DNA of 64,000 bases from a virus. The DNA lies in IMG/VR virus record IMGVR_UViG_3300049740_002954, positions 1 through 64,000 of that record; one strand, written 5' to 3'. Below the pieces are notes generated by a model that had not been told where the DNA came from, did not search any database, and saw only the letters and a list, made by a program, of their open reading frames with translations. The number at the start of each line of letters is the position of its first letter. The first letter of the stretch is position 1. Shown piece after piece: positions 51,428-60,300 of this stretch. A program made the position numbers and the translations under genes.

Positions 51428-52465
51428 TTATTTGTTACACAATAAATTGTAATCATGTTCATACATTTTTTGTATTAATTTGTTAAATTTTGTTTTTCTT
51501 TTCCACCCTAATTCGTTTTCAGCTAAACTTGGATCTCCGCATAATTCGTGAACTTCTGCTGGGCGATAGAATTTTGGGTTAACTTGGAATAGTATTTCTT
51601 TATTATCTGTGAAATATTTTTCTTCTTCATTTTTTCCTGATTTAAAGTATTTAATCCCCGCGCAACTTAGAGCGCCTTCCAAAAATTCTCTTACAGTGTG
51701 CATTTTGCCGCTTCCAAGAACATAATTTTTTGGATAATCTTGATTAAGCATTAACCAAACTCCCTCCATAAAATCTTCTGCGTCACTCCAGTCCCTCTTT
51801 GCTTCGATATTTCCCAGCGAGAGAGGTGTGATTTTATGATTACTTTCTATTTGAGTTTTTATCTTTGCTATCGCGTGCGTTATTTTTCTGGTAACAAAAT
51901 CTAGTCCCCTCCTTGTTCCCTCGTGATTAAACAGCCAACCTTGTATGGCGTATAAGCCATAAGATTCTCTATAAACTCTTACAATATGCCTTGCGGCGCA
52001 TTTTGCTGCGCCATAAGGAGATTGTGGTAATAAAGGGTGGGTTTCATTTTGAGGAGAAAAAACTACATCACCAAACTCTTCACTGCTACCGGCATTATAA
52101 AATCTACAGTGGGGAGAAAATCTTCTAATTGATTCTAATATATGTAGCACTGCGCTAGAGTCTGTTTCCCATGTTTGTATAGGGTAATTCCAGCTGCCTG
52201 CGACAAAAGATTGTGCGGCGAAGTTTATAAAAAAATCTGGTTGTAAATTAATGGTTATATCACGAATACTATGAGCGTCATTTAGATCCATGTCTATTAA
52301 TTCAAATCTAGGTTCATCTTCTAGATGTAAAATATTTTCATGGTTTTTTACGCTTAATCTTCTCGCTGTGCCGTATATTTTATAATTCGTGTTTTGCAGG
52401 AGGTAGTCCACCATATGACTTCCATCTTGCCCAGTTACTCCTGTAACTATAACTTTTTTTGTCAT
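51428..52465 (-). CDS. gmd: GDP-mannose 4,6-dehydratase
   Basis: TGVTGQDGS, AAQSFV, SPYGAAK, FNHE, FVTRKIT, RDW, FYRPAEV. Confidence 0.95.
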   Translation of the reverse strand: MTKKVIVTGVTGQDGSHMVDYLLQNTNYKIYGTARRLSVKNHENILHLEDEPRFELIDMDLNDAHSIRDITINLQPDFFINFAAQSFVAGSWNYPIQTWETDSSAVLHILESIRRFSPHCRFYNAGSSEEFGDVVFSPQNETHPLLPQSPYGAAKCAARHIVRVYRESYGLYAIQGWLFNHEGTRRGLDFVTRKITHAIAKIKTQIESNHKITPLSLGNIEAKRDWSDAEDFMEGVWLMLNQDYPKNYVLGSGKMHTVREFLEGALSCAGIKYFKSGKNEEEKYFTDNKEILFQVNPKFYRPAEVHELCGDPSLAENELGWKRKTKFNKLIQKMYEHDYNLLCNK

Positions 52466-52466
52466 T

Positions 52467-53180
52467 TTAAAATTTAAAGCCTACATTTATTTTTTCTTCT
52501 ATTGCATCTTCTACAGAAAGCTTTCCAAAGCTATCTTCATCATGCTCATTGTTTGGTTTGCAGATTTGATTCTCGTGCCTTCTATATGAAAATAATGGTT
52601 CATTGATGATTTTAAATTTATAACCGCTTGTGATGGCCTGCTTCCAAAGAAGCAAATCTTCTTCGGGTATATCATTTATCCCGTACCTATTGAAAGGGTT
52701 TTGCCAAAAATTTTTACTATAAGCGACTCCTGGGTGGCCGATTACATTATGGTCGATCATTAAATTTCCAAAAATACTTCCATAGCCAGACATGTTTCTA
52801 TACGCCGTAATTTCGCTTTCTTCGTTTACCTCAAAAAAATCTGAAGATACAATGTCGTAACCTTTTTTTAGTACTTTTAATTGCTCTTGCACTCTGGATC
52901 TTTCATAAAAATCATCAATATTTGTATTGAATACGTAATCACAGCCATCTTCAAAAGCTTGGTCTATAATAAAATTCATGGCTTCTGCATGATTTTTTAG
53001 TTTTTTATTAAAAAACGTCGATCCTTCCACAAACTTATGAGAGTCTGATCCGTAATTGATTTCGTAAAAATTTAATTCATTGTAGGTTTGATGCTTTATT
53101 GAGTTTACGCATTGGTCGATCCATTTCCTGCTACATATTTTTGTTGCGTTTTTGTGAAAAAATACTACTCCTATTTTCAT
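52467..53180 (-). CDS. GT2-like glycosyltransferase
   Basis: NIDD, HPGV, EDLLLW, YRRHENQ. Confidence 0.75.
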   Translation of the reverse strand: MKIGVVFFHKNATKICSRKWIDQCVNSIKHQTYNELNFYEINYGSDSHKFVEGSTFFNKKLKNHAEAMNFIIDQAFEDGCDYVFNTNIDDFYERSRVQEQLKVLKKGYDIVSSDFFEVNEESEITAYRNMSGYGSIFGNLMIDHNVIGHPGVAYSKNFWQNPFNRYGINDIPEEDLLLWKQAITSGYKFKIINEPLFSYRRHENQICKPNNEHDEDSFGKLSVEDAIEEKINVGFKF

Positions 53181-53950
53181 TATATTTGTTTCCATTGTTT
53201 AAGTTTTATGTCAGAGTCATTTGTTTGGTCTCCGAACCATTTTTTTGGGCACACTACTTTTTTATTTTTGTTTTGATTTAGCCATGCGCCCCACCAGCTA
53301 AAGCTACTATTTGCTATGATATTATCCTCGCACAGACTCATGTATTTGAGATCTTGTATGTTTGTGTTATTTTCCATAAATATAGATTTTTTAAAATGTA
53401 AATTTTGCTTGCACCAGTTTATGTCGTCTGAGAATATAAATATATTACCTTTGGGCTGAATTATATCAAGTGCTTTATTATAGTAATCAATCGATTGAAC
53501 TGGGTGAACATGTTGAGCTTTTAAATAGTCGTCGCGACGAACATGAATTGAGCAAGAGTTTTTAAAATCAAAATTTTTTGTTTCGGGCCAAAAAAATGAA
53601 TTTATTATTTCGTTTTTTGAATCAGAAAAATATTTTTCGCTTTGCCAGTATCCGTCAAGGATATAGTTTTCTTGCGGGTTGAGCTTTAATTTTTTAAATT
53701 TAAAATCATCAATTATTGTGTGAAAATTTTGTGAGCCTAGGCTTTTAATTAATTTATTATCTGCAACTTTTGCTTTTGTGGATAAAATGTCATTTAATAG
53801 GTAATGCCTTTGTGTGGTTTTGATATAATTAAAGTTTTGATCAAAAAAAGACAGATCAAAAAAGACTTCGTGTTGCTTAGATAGATTTTTACCACAAGCC
53901 CACTGAAAGAGTTGATTGCATAGACCTCCTTGTATTTTAAGTAAAATCAT
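53180..53950 (-). CDS. GT11 alpha-1,2-fucosyltransferase
   Basis: GGLCNQLFQ, GYWQSEKYF, SIHVRRDDY, ANSSFSWWGAWL. Confidence 0.92.
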   Translation of the reverse strand: MILLKIQGGLCNQLFQWACGKNLSKQHEVFFDLSFFDQNFNYIKTTQRHYLLNDILSTKAKVADNKLIKSLGSQNFHTIIDDFKFKKLKLNPQENYILDGYWQSEKYFSDSKNEIINSFFWPETKNFDFKNSCSIHVRRDDYLKAQHVHPVQSIDYYNKALDIIQPKGNIFIFSDDINWCKQNLHFKKSIFMENNTNIQDLKYMSLCEDNIIANSSFSWWGAWLNQNKNKKVVCPKKWFGDQTNDSDIKLKQWKQI

Positions 53951-54560
53951 TTATTTTTCTGTAATTAAAAATTTTAAAATCTTTACTGTAAATTTCATTT
54001 ATTATATCTATAGATTTGGGGCTGAGTGCGTGCGTTTTTTTTGGAGAATTCATTTGATGGGGTAGTTCTTGGGTGATTCCATATTTGATTTGGAATTTTT
54101 TAAAATCTTCATGCAACTTTTCGAATCTAATTATCATATATTCCGGTTCATAATAAAGGTGTTGTGGGGAAAGATGGCAGCCATCAAGTATAGGTTCGCA
54201 CTCAAAAAACTTCGGCAGCTTAGAAACAAAGTCTTCGAATGATTCAATGCGAGGTCGATAGGTGCCGCAAGCATTAAAAAAATGCTTTATTTTTCCGCAG
54301 GAAGTTCCGAAATTATATACAGAAATTAATCTATCATAAGGGTTTCTAATAAACGACACTTTTTCGTAGCTTTCAAAGTTAGGTATGTTTTCCCTCATGA
54401 ATTTTACAGTTGCGTGTTGAGCCCATATTCTATCTTTGCGACCAAAGAAAAAATGCGGGTTAAATGCATGAGAAGAGGTATCATAAAACAGTGATTCTAC
54501 TGATGTTCCGGCGGTTTTCCCTGGATGAAGTAAGATTATTTTTTTATCCTTAATTATCAT
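53937..54560 (-). CDS. sulfotransferase family 2 protein
   Basis: HPGKTAGTSV, FIRNPYDRLIS, IRFEKL, YSKDF..FNY. Confidence 0.88.
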   Translation of the reverse strand: MIIKDKKIILLHPGKTAGTSVESLFYDTSSHAFNPHFFFGRKDRIWAQHATVKFMRENIPNFESYEKVSFIRNPYDRLISVYNFGTSCGKIKHFFNACGTYRPRIESFEDFVSKLPKFFECEPILDGCHLSPQHLYYEPEYMIIRFEKLHEDFKKFQIKYGITQELPHQMNSPKKTHALSPKSIDIINEIYSKDFKIFNYRKINDFT

Positions 54561-54566
54561 CTGAGG

Positions 54567-55091
54567 TTAAATTTCATAAGCCACCAAAATATCATTAGGA
54601 GCATGCCCATCTTCATAAGTGAGTTCATATTGAGCGTTTATTTCGTAAAGCTTCTTAAAAATATCATCTTTAAAGAATCCATGTTTTTCGTTAGGCTTTT
54701 CCCAGCATCTCATGTCATCTATAATAATGGTGTGATTTTTTATTTGATGGTTTTTTATTACATCTAGTTCTTGTATTAAAGGCGCCCAAAAATCCCCTAT
54801 ACCTGTATCTCCACAGGAATAATGTCCATCTAGCCAGAAAGTAGATTTGCAATTTATAGATTTTAATATATCAGGCAAAACTTTATAGGAATCTCCGAAT
54901 ATTACTTCTACATTTTTATGATTTTGAAATCTTTGACAGCATAAAGAATAATATTTCGGGGATATCTCTATGGATATTATTTTGCTAAATCCATATTCAA
55001 GCGCTGCAAAAATTCCATCTCCGGTATAAGACCCCGTCTCAATAAATACTTCATTTACGTGGTTTTTAAAAACGTTTCTTTTGTCCTTCAT
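54567..55091 (-). CDS. class I SAM-dependent methyltransferase-like protein
   Basis: FIETGSYTGDG, SIEI, GDS, FWLDGH, IIIDD. Confidence 0.75.
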   Translation of the reverse strand: MKDKRNVFKNHVNEVFIETGSYTGDGIFAALEYGFSKIISIEISPKYYSLCCQRFQNHKNVEVIFGDSYKVLPDILKSINCKSTFWLDGHYSCGDTGIGDFWAPLIQELDVIKNHQIKNHTIIIDDMRCWEKPNEKHGFFKDDIFKKLYEINAQYELTYEDGHAPNDILVAYEI

Positions 55092-55096
55092 AATTT

Positions 55097-55789
55097 TTAT
55101 TTTCTTATTTCATTATGATCTTTGTCCAAGGCTAAAAGCCTGGGGGTAAAAGGGGGTTTTAAGCTTTCTCCATAACAATAACCTGGATCTAATATTCTTG
55201 TTGGAGGATTATCAATAAAATATCTATTCATGTGGGATTCGTCGTGCCAAACAGCTATTATATTTTTATTTATGTCTTTATTAATGTTGTTTGATAGGGT
55301 TTCTGACATTTTGATGTACTCTGTAGATTTTCCGCCATTAAACCCTCCTGCAAAATACTGCATATCCTCAAACTCAAAAACGCATGCTAATGAATTTGGG
55401 TCGGTCTCTGGCGTGCCTCGAGTTCCGCAATATCCTGGGTGCTGAGTTGCAACTCTATCGCTTAATATTTCGGGCCCAACAATATCACAAAATTTCATAT
55501 CTGCATCGCAGTAAAACAAATAATCATAGTTTAATAACTTTTCTTTTTTTGATTGAAAAATTTGATACCTGCCTAGCGTCATCCATGGCCAAGGTTTATG
55601 ATTGACCCTAATAATATTGATTTTTCGATCGGACTTGAGCGTTAGGTCATGATGATCTGTGAATAGAATATATTCTACATTAAATTTTGTGAGAAAAAAT
55701 TTATCTGCGCTTTCTATTAGTTGAGTTGCAAAGTCAATATATTTATTTGTTGCAATAATTAGAAGAGCTATTGATTTACTAGCATCCAT
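55097..55789 (-). CDS. GT6 glycosyltransferase (ABO-like)
   Basis: IATNKY, LFTD, PWPWMTL.RY, DAD, YFAGGFNGG, AVWHDESHMNRY. Confidence 0.92.
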   Translation of the reverse strand: MDASKSIALLIIATNKYIDFATQLIESADKFFLTKFNVEYILFTDHHDLTLKSDRKINIIRVNHKPWPWMTLGRYQIFQSKKEKLLNYDYLFYCDADMKFCDIVGPEILSDRVATQHPGYCGTRGTPETDPNSLACVFEFEDMQYFAGGFNGGKSTEYIKMSETLSNNINKDINKNIIAVWHDESHMNRYFIDNPPTRILDPGYCYGESLKPPFTPRLLALDKDHNEIRK

Positions 55790-56429
55790 ATTTAACCATT
55801 CTTCCTTCTATATCACTGTAATCTTCGGCTTGGATTCCGCATCTTTTAAGTAAATACCATTTATTTTGCAGCGTCTGAAACCGCTTCCAGGTTTGATCAA
55901 TTGCGTAATCCAAGGGGTCGCCTCCTAATTGAAGTTTATTAATAGAGTTTTGTATGTGAGGTTGAATCGTATCGCAAAAATCAATTTTAATTAAGTAAGC
56001 AGAGGTTGTTTGCACTTTGTTAGAAAAAAGAATTATTTCCGAGTCGTCTAAAGGTTTAGCTTTTACAACATCACCGACCGAATCGTTGTAGGAGAGTTGG
56101 CATATATTAAAATCTGAAAAATGAGCATAAAGATATTCCAGTCTTTTGTAGAAACTAGATGAAGATATAATCGGTATAAAATCATCTTCCATAATTAAAA
56201 CTGTTGAATATTTTTTTAATTTACAAATTCTATAGATGTCTAAGTGAGATTGAGCGCAACCAATAGCTCTTAAGCCTGCGCTATCAAAATCAGAGGTATC
56301 TACGGCGTTAAATCTCGTAACCATAGATCGTTCAATGTTTAGAAAAGGTATAACATTTTCGATAAAATGTCTATTCCTGTCTTTTCTCTTTTCTAAATTA
56401 ATATAAAAGCAATGATCGAAATATTTCAT
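55779..56429 (-). CDS. GT25 glycosyltransferase
   Basis: YINLEKRKDR, RFNAVD, GCAQSH, LIMEDD, QTTSAYLI, YSDIE. Confidence 0.88.
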   Translation of the reverse strand: MKYFDHCFYINLEKRKDRNRHFIENVIPFLNIERSMVTRFNAVDTSDFDSAGLRAIGCAQSHLDIYRICKLKKYSTVLIMEDDFIPIISSSSFYKRLEYLYAHFSDFNICQLSYNDSVGDVVKAKPLDDSEIILFSNKVQTTSAYLIKIDFCDTIQPHIQNSINKLQLGGDPLDYAIDQTWKRFQTLQNKWYLLKRCGIQAEDYSDIEGRMVKYGC

Positions 56430-57079
56430 ATTAAAGCACTAGCTACCGCCATATCTTCGCATCCTCCCATAAGGTTTTTAAAATCCAGAAAAAGATTTTT
56501 TTGCTTTAAGATTTTATCAATTGACTTTTTTCCAAGACAATAACATCCTCCCGCCCAGTAATTCATTGGCCATTTGTTGGCGCCGAGCTTAGATAACAAG
56601 CTCTCTGGCATTACCGAAAGTTTTTTGCTATTAGCCCAGCTTTTAAATTGTTTGACAGTATTTCCCATAATTGGAGTTAGTCCATTGTATTCTCCTATAA
56701 CTCCAGTATTATAATATTTATGTATAAAGTATTCAAAAGAAAAAAGATGGCTGGTTTTATTGTGTCTATTTTCGATAATGTTAGAGTCAATTTTTAAAAG
56801 ATAATCAAAATCAAAAAGCTCCCTGCAGGCTTCAAGCATTTTGTAAGTTTTCATGCATAAGTTATTATAAGATTCTTGCGTATTTAGTTTTAGGCAATTA
56901 CCTTGTAATATGTATTTTTTATTTATTAACGGGTCTGCAAATATATTTAATATTCTATTATTAGAATTGATTGAAACATCTTTATACCAGTTTGTGTCTT
57001 TTAATTTATTTAATGAATCAATATCTTTTTCGCAGGTATATATGCAAATTAATATTTTATTTGTGGATAAAGTAGACAT
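56426..57079 (-). CDS. GT31/galactosyltransferase-like protein
   Basis: ESYNNLCMKT, DYLLKID, GGCYCL, EDMAV. Confidence 0.7.
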   Translation of the reverse strand: MSTLSTNKILICIYTCEKDIDSLNKLKDTNWYKDVSINSNNRILNIFADPLINKKYILQGNCLKLNTQESYNNLCMKTYKMLEACRELFDFDYLLKIDSNIIENRHNKTSHLFSFEYFIHKYYNTGVIGEYNGLTPIMGNTVKQFKSWANSKKLSVMPESLLSKLGANKWPMNYWAGGCYCLGKKSIDKILKQKNLFLDFKNLMGGCEDMAVASALI

Positions 57080-57836
57080 CTTTTCTGTCGTTTTGATATT
57101 TTTTAAATTCGCTGCATACCGGTTCTCCAATAATAAAATTATAATCCCTTAACAAATATCGAAATGCATATTGTCCGCAAAACATGTCTGCAGTATCAAA
57201 CTCTGGGCTACCTATACTTTTTCTGAAAGAATTATATATTTCTAGGAAATTTAAAACTTTATTGCGTTTACCCCCAACAACCCCCATGTTTATGAGATCT
57301 AGATTATTTTGATTCAGCAAGAACCAAACTTTATCATTTAGTTCGAAGTGATTATGAAAAGACATATATGGGAAGTCGCATAACTTAATAGAATCTTTGC
57401 ATAGGAAAAGATCTATATCTTTATAGTCTTCAATTAATTTTGAGGGGTTTTGTACAACTTTTACGTCTGAGCAATCTGTTAGAAATACATTTTCGTATGA
57501 AGTGTTATTTTCAAGATATTCTTCATAGCACATCCATCGGTAGTCTAAGTTTGACCAATTGGATCGCTTTACTTTTACAAAATTAATTTGATCAGTAGAA
57601 TATTCATTTATAAAATCTTTAGATAGCTGATCGTAAAAGATTACCCCTTTGCTACTCGACCTTAAAATTGAATGGTACCATGTTTTTATATAATCAAAAC
57701 TATTTTGATCAACAAAGCCGTTTTCGTTCCTCCCAATAACATGTAAGTCCTGTTCGGAGTTTGGGTGCTTTTTGGAGCTAAAGTAAGATGTTAATACTAG
57801 TGTTTCCACAATAACATTTCTGCCATTTTCTCGCAC
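57057..57836 (-). CDS. putative glycosyltransferase (GT-A-like)
   Basis: YRW..Y..YL, VFLTDCSDV, INMGVVGG; start may be the GTG at 57809. Confidence 0.6.
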   Translation of the reverse strand: MRENGRNVIVETLVLTSYFSSKKHPNSEQDLHVIGRNENGFVDQNSFDYIKTWYHSILRSSSKGVIFYDQLSKDFINEYSTDQINFVKVKRSNWSNLDYRWMCYEEYLENNTSYENVFLTDCSDVKVVQNPSKLIEDYKDIDLFLCKDSIKLCDFPYMSFHNHFELNDKVWFLLNQNNLDLINMGVVGGKRNKVLNFLEIYNSFRKSIGSPEFDTADMFCGQYAFRYLLRDYNFIIGEPVCSEFKKYQNDRKDVYFIHK

Positions 57837-58189
57837 ATTGGTAGGGGCAAGCAGTTTTTTTCAATTTTAAAATACCCCCACTCAGTATGCTCAAAAGCAT
57901 CTTTCGCCTCTGGTTCTGGAAAGAGCAAGTCTTGCATATCTATTTTAAAGGCGTAAAAATTAGAACTTTGATTAATCGAAAATTCACCAAGAAAATCAAG
58001 AGGTTGACTTAATGCTAGATTTGTCTCTTCATAAACCTCTCTGATCGCTGCTTTCTCAGCCGATTCTCCCCTCTCTATAATTCCGCAAGGAATACTCCAA
58101 AAGCCTTGAAAAGTTTCAAGTTTATAAGATCTTTTTCCCAGTAAACCCATGTTTCCAAACTTAATTAAAACTCCAGCAGCATGCTTCAT
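57797..58189 (-). CDS. NUDIX hydrolase
   Basis: GIIERGESAEKAAIREVYEETNL Nudix box. Confidence 0.9.
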   Translation of the reverse strand: MKHAAGVLIKFGNMGLLGKRSYKLETFQGFWSIPCGIIERGESAEKAAIREVYEETNLALSQPLDFLGEFSINQSSNFYAFKIDMQDLLFPEPEAKDAFEHTEWGYFKIEKNCLPLPMCEKMAEMLLWKH

Positions 58190-58190
58190 G

Positions 58191-59267
58191 TTAATTTAAA
58201 AAATCATCAATTTTTTCGCGAGTATTCCAGTGTGGGCAGCCTTCATAGTCTAACTTAATTATCTCATCACCTTCTTCAGGTTCAAGTTCGTGTTTGCAGT
58301 CAATAAAAGCGGTTTTTTTAATATTTCCTTCTGAATCTTTTAATGCGTAATACTCCATAGGTTTTCTATATGGACAAATAAATGCTTTAATGGGTTGGCC
58401 ATTTTTATCTAAAACGGGTTGACCTTTTGAAACCTTGTACCCATCTTTTCCGCAAGCAAGAGGCCCTCCAAAGGTTCCGTCTTTGGGGAAATCTTGTTTT
58501 GCTGCAAAATTACTTTTAGCCGAATTTTCATCAAAATTATCTAAATAATTTTGAAACTGCGTTAATTGGTACTCAAAACCCTCCAACTCTTCGGGTGTAA
58601 TTTTATCCATTCGCAAATAGCCTTTTCCGTAGTTGCCCAGTAAATCTTTATCTAAATCAAATCTTAGAAACAAAAATTCACTCTGCGGGCTAGTTTCAGG
58701 CATCAAGTGTTTAACTGCTAATGAGTATATTAAATTTTGCAAATTATCGGTTATTTCTTTTCCCTTAAAAACAGATTTACTACTTTTGAAATCTCTAATA
58801 ATTACAGAGTTATCCTTGTATACAAAAAGTTTATCTATGTATCCTCTGATTGCATACCTTATGCCTTGTTCTTTTTTTTCTATTTCTAAATCAAAAAATT
58901 GCTCTGATTCTGACTTGATTGGTTTTTCTTCGCTATCACCAAAAAAATCGCACCTCAGTCCGTTTACGATCATCTCGTCAATCAACTCAAGGTTTTCGGA
59001 ATCATTAACCGAAAGCTCTTCAGCTTCTTTTTTGACTTGAGCTGAAACAATTTCTGTATTCCATATTGTCCCCTCCTTGATTATTTTATTAAACTCTCTT
59101 TTATGCTTTGTTCCTAGTAATTCAAATACATTGTGACAAATAGTTCCTCTGCTTGAGCCGTCGTTTCCTGAATCGGGCAGTTTTAGTTTGTAGTTGCACC
59201 AATATGTCCAGCTGCAAGTTTGCGCAGTTTTTATTCTGCTTGCAGACAACTTTGTCATTTCATTCAT
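58191..59267 (-). CDS. PD-(D/E)XK RecB/Cas4-like exonuclease
   Basis: LSASRIKT..C, GTICH..FE, GYIDKL, IRDFKS, Q..IY. Confidence 0.85.
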   Translation of the reverse strand: MNEMTKLSASRIKTAQTCSWTYWCNYKLKLPDSGNDGSSRGTICHNVFELLGTKHKREFNKIIKEGTIWNTEIVSAQVKKEAEELSVNDSENLELIDEMIVNGLRCDFFGDSEEKPIKSESEQFFDLEIEKKEQGIRYAIRGYIDKLFVYKDNSVIIRDFKSSKSVFKGKEITDNLQNLIYSLAVKHLMPETSPQSEFLFLRFDLDKDLLGNYGKGYLRMDKITPEELEGFEYQLTQFQNYLDNFDENSAKSNFAAKQDFPKDGTFGGPLACGKDGYKVSKGQPVLDKNGQPIKAFICPYRKPMEYYALKDSEGNIKKTAFIDCKHELEPEEGDEIIKLDYEGCPHWNTREKIDDFLN

Positions 59268-60300
59268 TGGTTATAAGTTTTCTATTTTTTAATAAATTTT
59301 TGGGCAACGATTTATGTATCTGATTTATTTTTTCTAATATAAAAGTTCTTTGCTTTTGTTTGTTGGTAGATGATAATTTATTCTGCCATGTTTTAAAGTC
59401 TTCCGCGGACATTTCTCCGAAATCTTTTTTTATTGGCAGGCATATAGAAATTTGATCTGGACTATAAAAATTTAGTAATTTTAAATAATTTTTGATGCTT
59501 GCATTGAGGCCTCTGTTTTCGGGAGAATTTAAATCATTATTTAACGAAAGCACTATCTCGTCAACGTTTAGCGAAAGTGGCAAGCAGACAAGCTTAGAAG
59601 ATATATCTAAACCAAAAGTAACTAAAACGTTATTGAATCCATTTTGGTTTAAGTTGAGCATATCTCCTATACTCTCTACAAAAATGATTGTTTTTGTTTC
59701 CGCTATAGATTTAAAAACTTCTTGGTTTGAATAAAGAGGGTAAACCCAGTCTTTTTTTCTTCCTATATGTTTCCACTTTGGGCGCCCGCCTATGCTGGTC
59801 ATATCTCTGCCTGAAAAACCATGGATTTGTTTGTGTTCGTTGTGAATAGGGAAAACGAATCTTTTATTTAATTTACCTGCAGTTGCGAAACCTCCTTTTA
59901 GTGAAACTAAAATTTCTTTAGAGATACCTTTGTCAGTGTAAAATTTGTAGTGGGGTAAAAGTTTTGATAGATCTTCTTCTTTATATATTTCTTCCATTTC
60001 TATTTTCTCCTGATTGTACGATTGTCTTACATAGCAGTCTCCAGTATGCTCTTCAGATATATAACCTTTTAAGATTTTTGGGTCATTGGTTCCTAATGTA
60101 ATTTCTATTAATCTTTTAAATGGGGAAAATTTATTATTCTCAACATGATCTTTCCAGACGCCTGAATCTTTATAGATTTGAATTGCTGTTCTATTGTCCC
60201 CATTTCTAAAAATAGCATTAGTCTGCCAATAAGATCCTCTATCGGATAGTTTATAACCTAGACTAATTAATGATTCTTTGATTTTTTCTTGTGAGATCAT
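59260..60300 (-). CDS. DnaG-like primase (TOPRIM)
   Basis: RFVFPI....GFSGR...PKW, FVESIGD, LNND, KDFGEM; downstream of the helicase. Confidence 0.82.
   Translation of the reverse strand: MISQEKIKESLISLGYKLSDRGSYWQTNAIFRNGDNRTAIQIYKDSGVWKDHVENNKFSPFKRLIEITLGTNDPKILKGYISEEHTGDCYVRQSYNQEKIEMEEIYKEEDLSKLLPHYKFYTDKGISKEILVSLKGGFATAGKLNKRFVFPIHNEHKQIHGFSGRDMTSIGGRPKWKHIGRKKDWVYPLYSNQEVFKSIAETKTIIFVESIGDMLNLNQNGFNNVLVTFGLDISSKLVCLPLSLNVDEIVLSLNNDLNSPENRGLNASIKNYLKLLNFYSPDQISICLPIKKDFGEMSAEDFKTWQNKLSSTNKQKQRTFILEKINQIHKSLPKNLLKNRKLITNE

Noticed and set aside
44327-58189. Host chromosomal DNA or prophage boundary
   Set aside because: AT content and gene packing match the rest, phage-type genes and the GTGTA motif are interspersed, and no att/integrase is seen. 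Read-level confirmation is still needed.
58191-59267. Cas4 of a CRISPR system
   Set aside because: It is a solo PD-(D/E)XK nuclease in the primase-helicase operon with no array or cas1/cas2.
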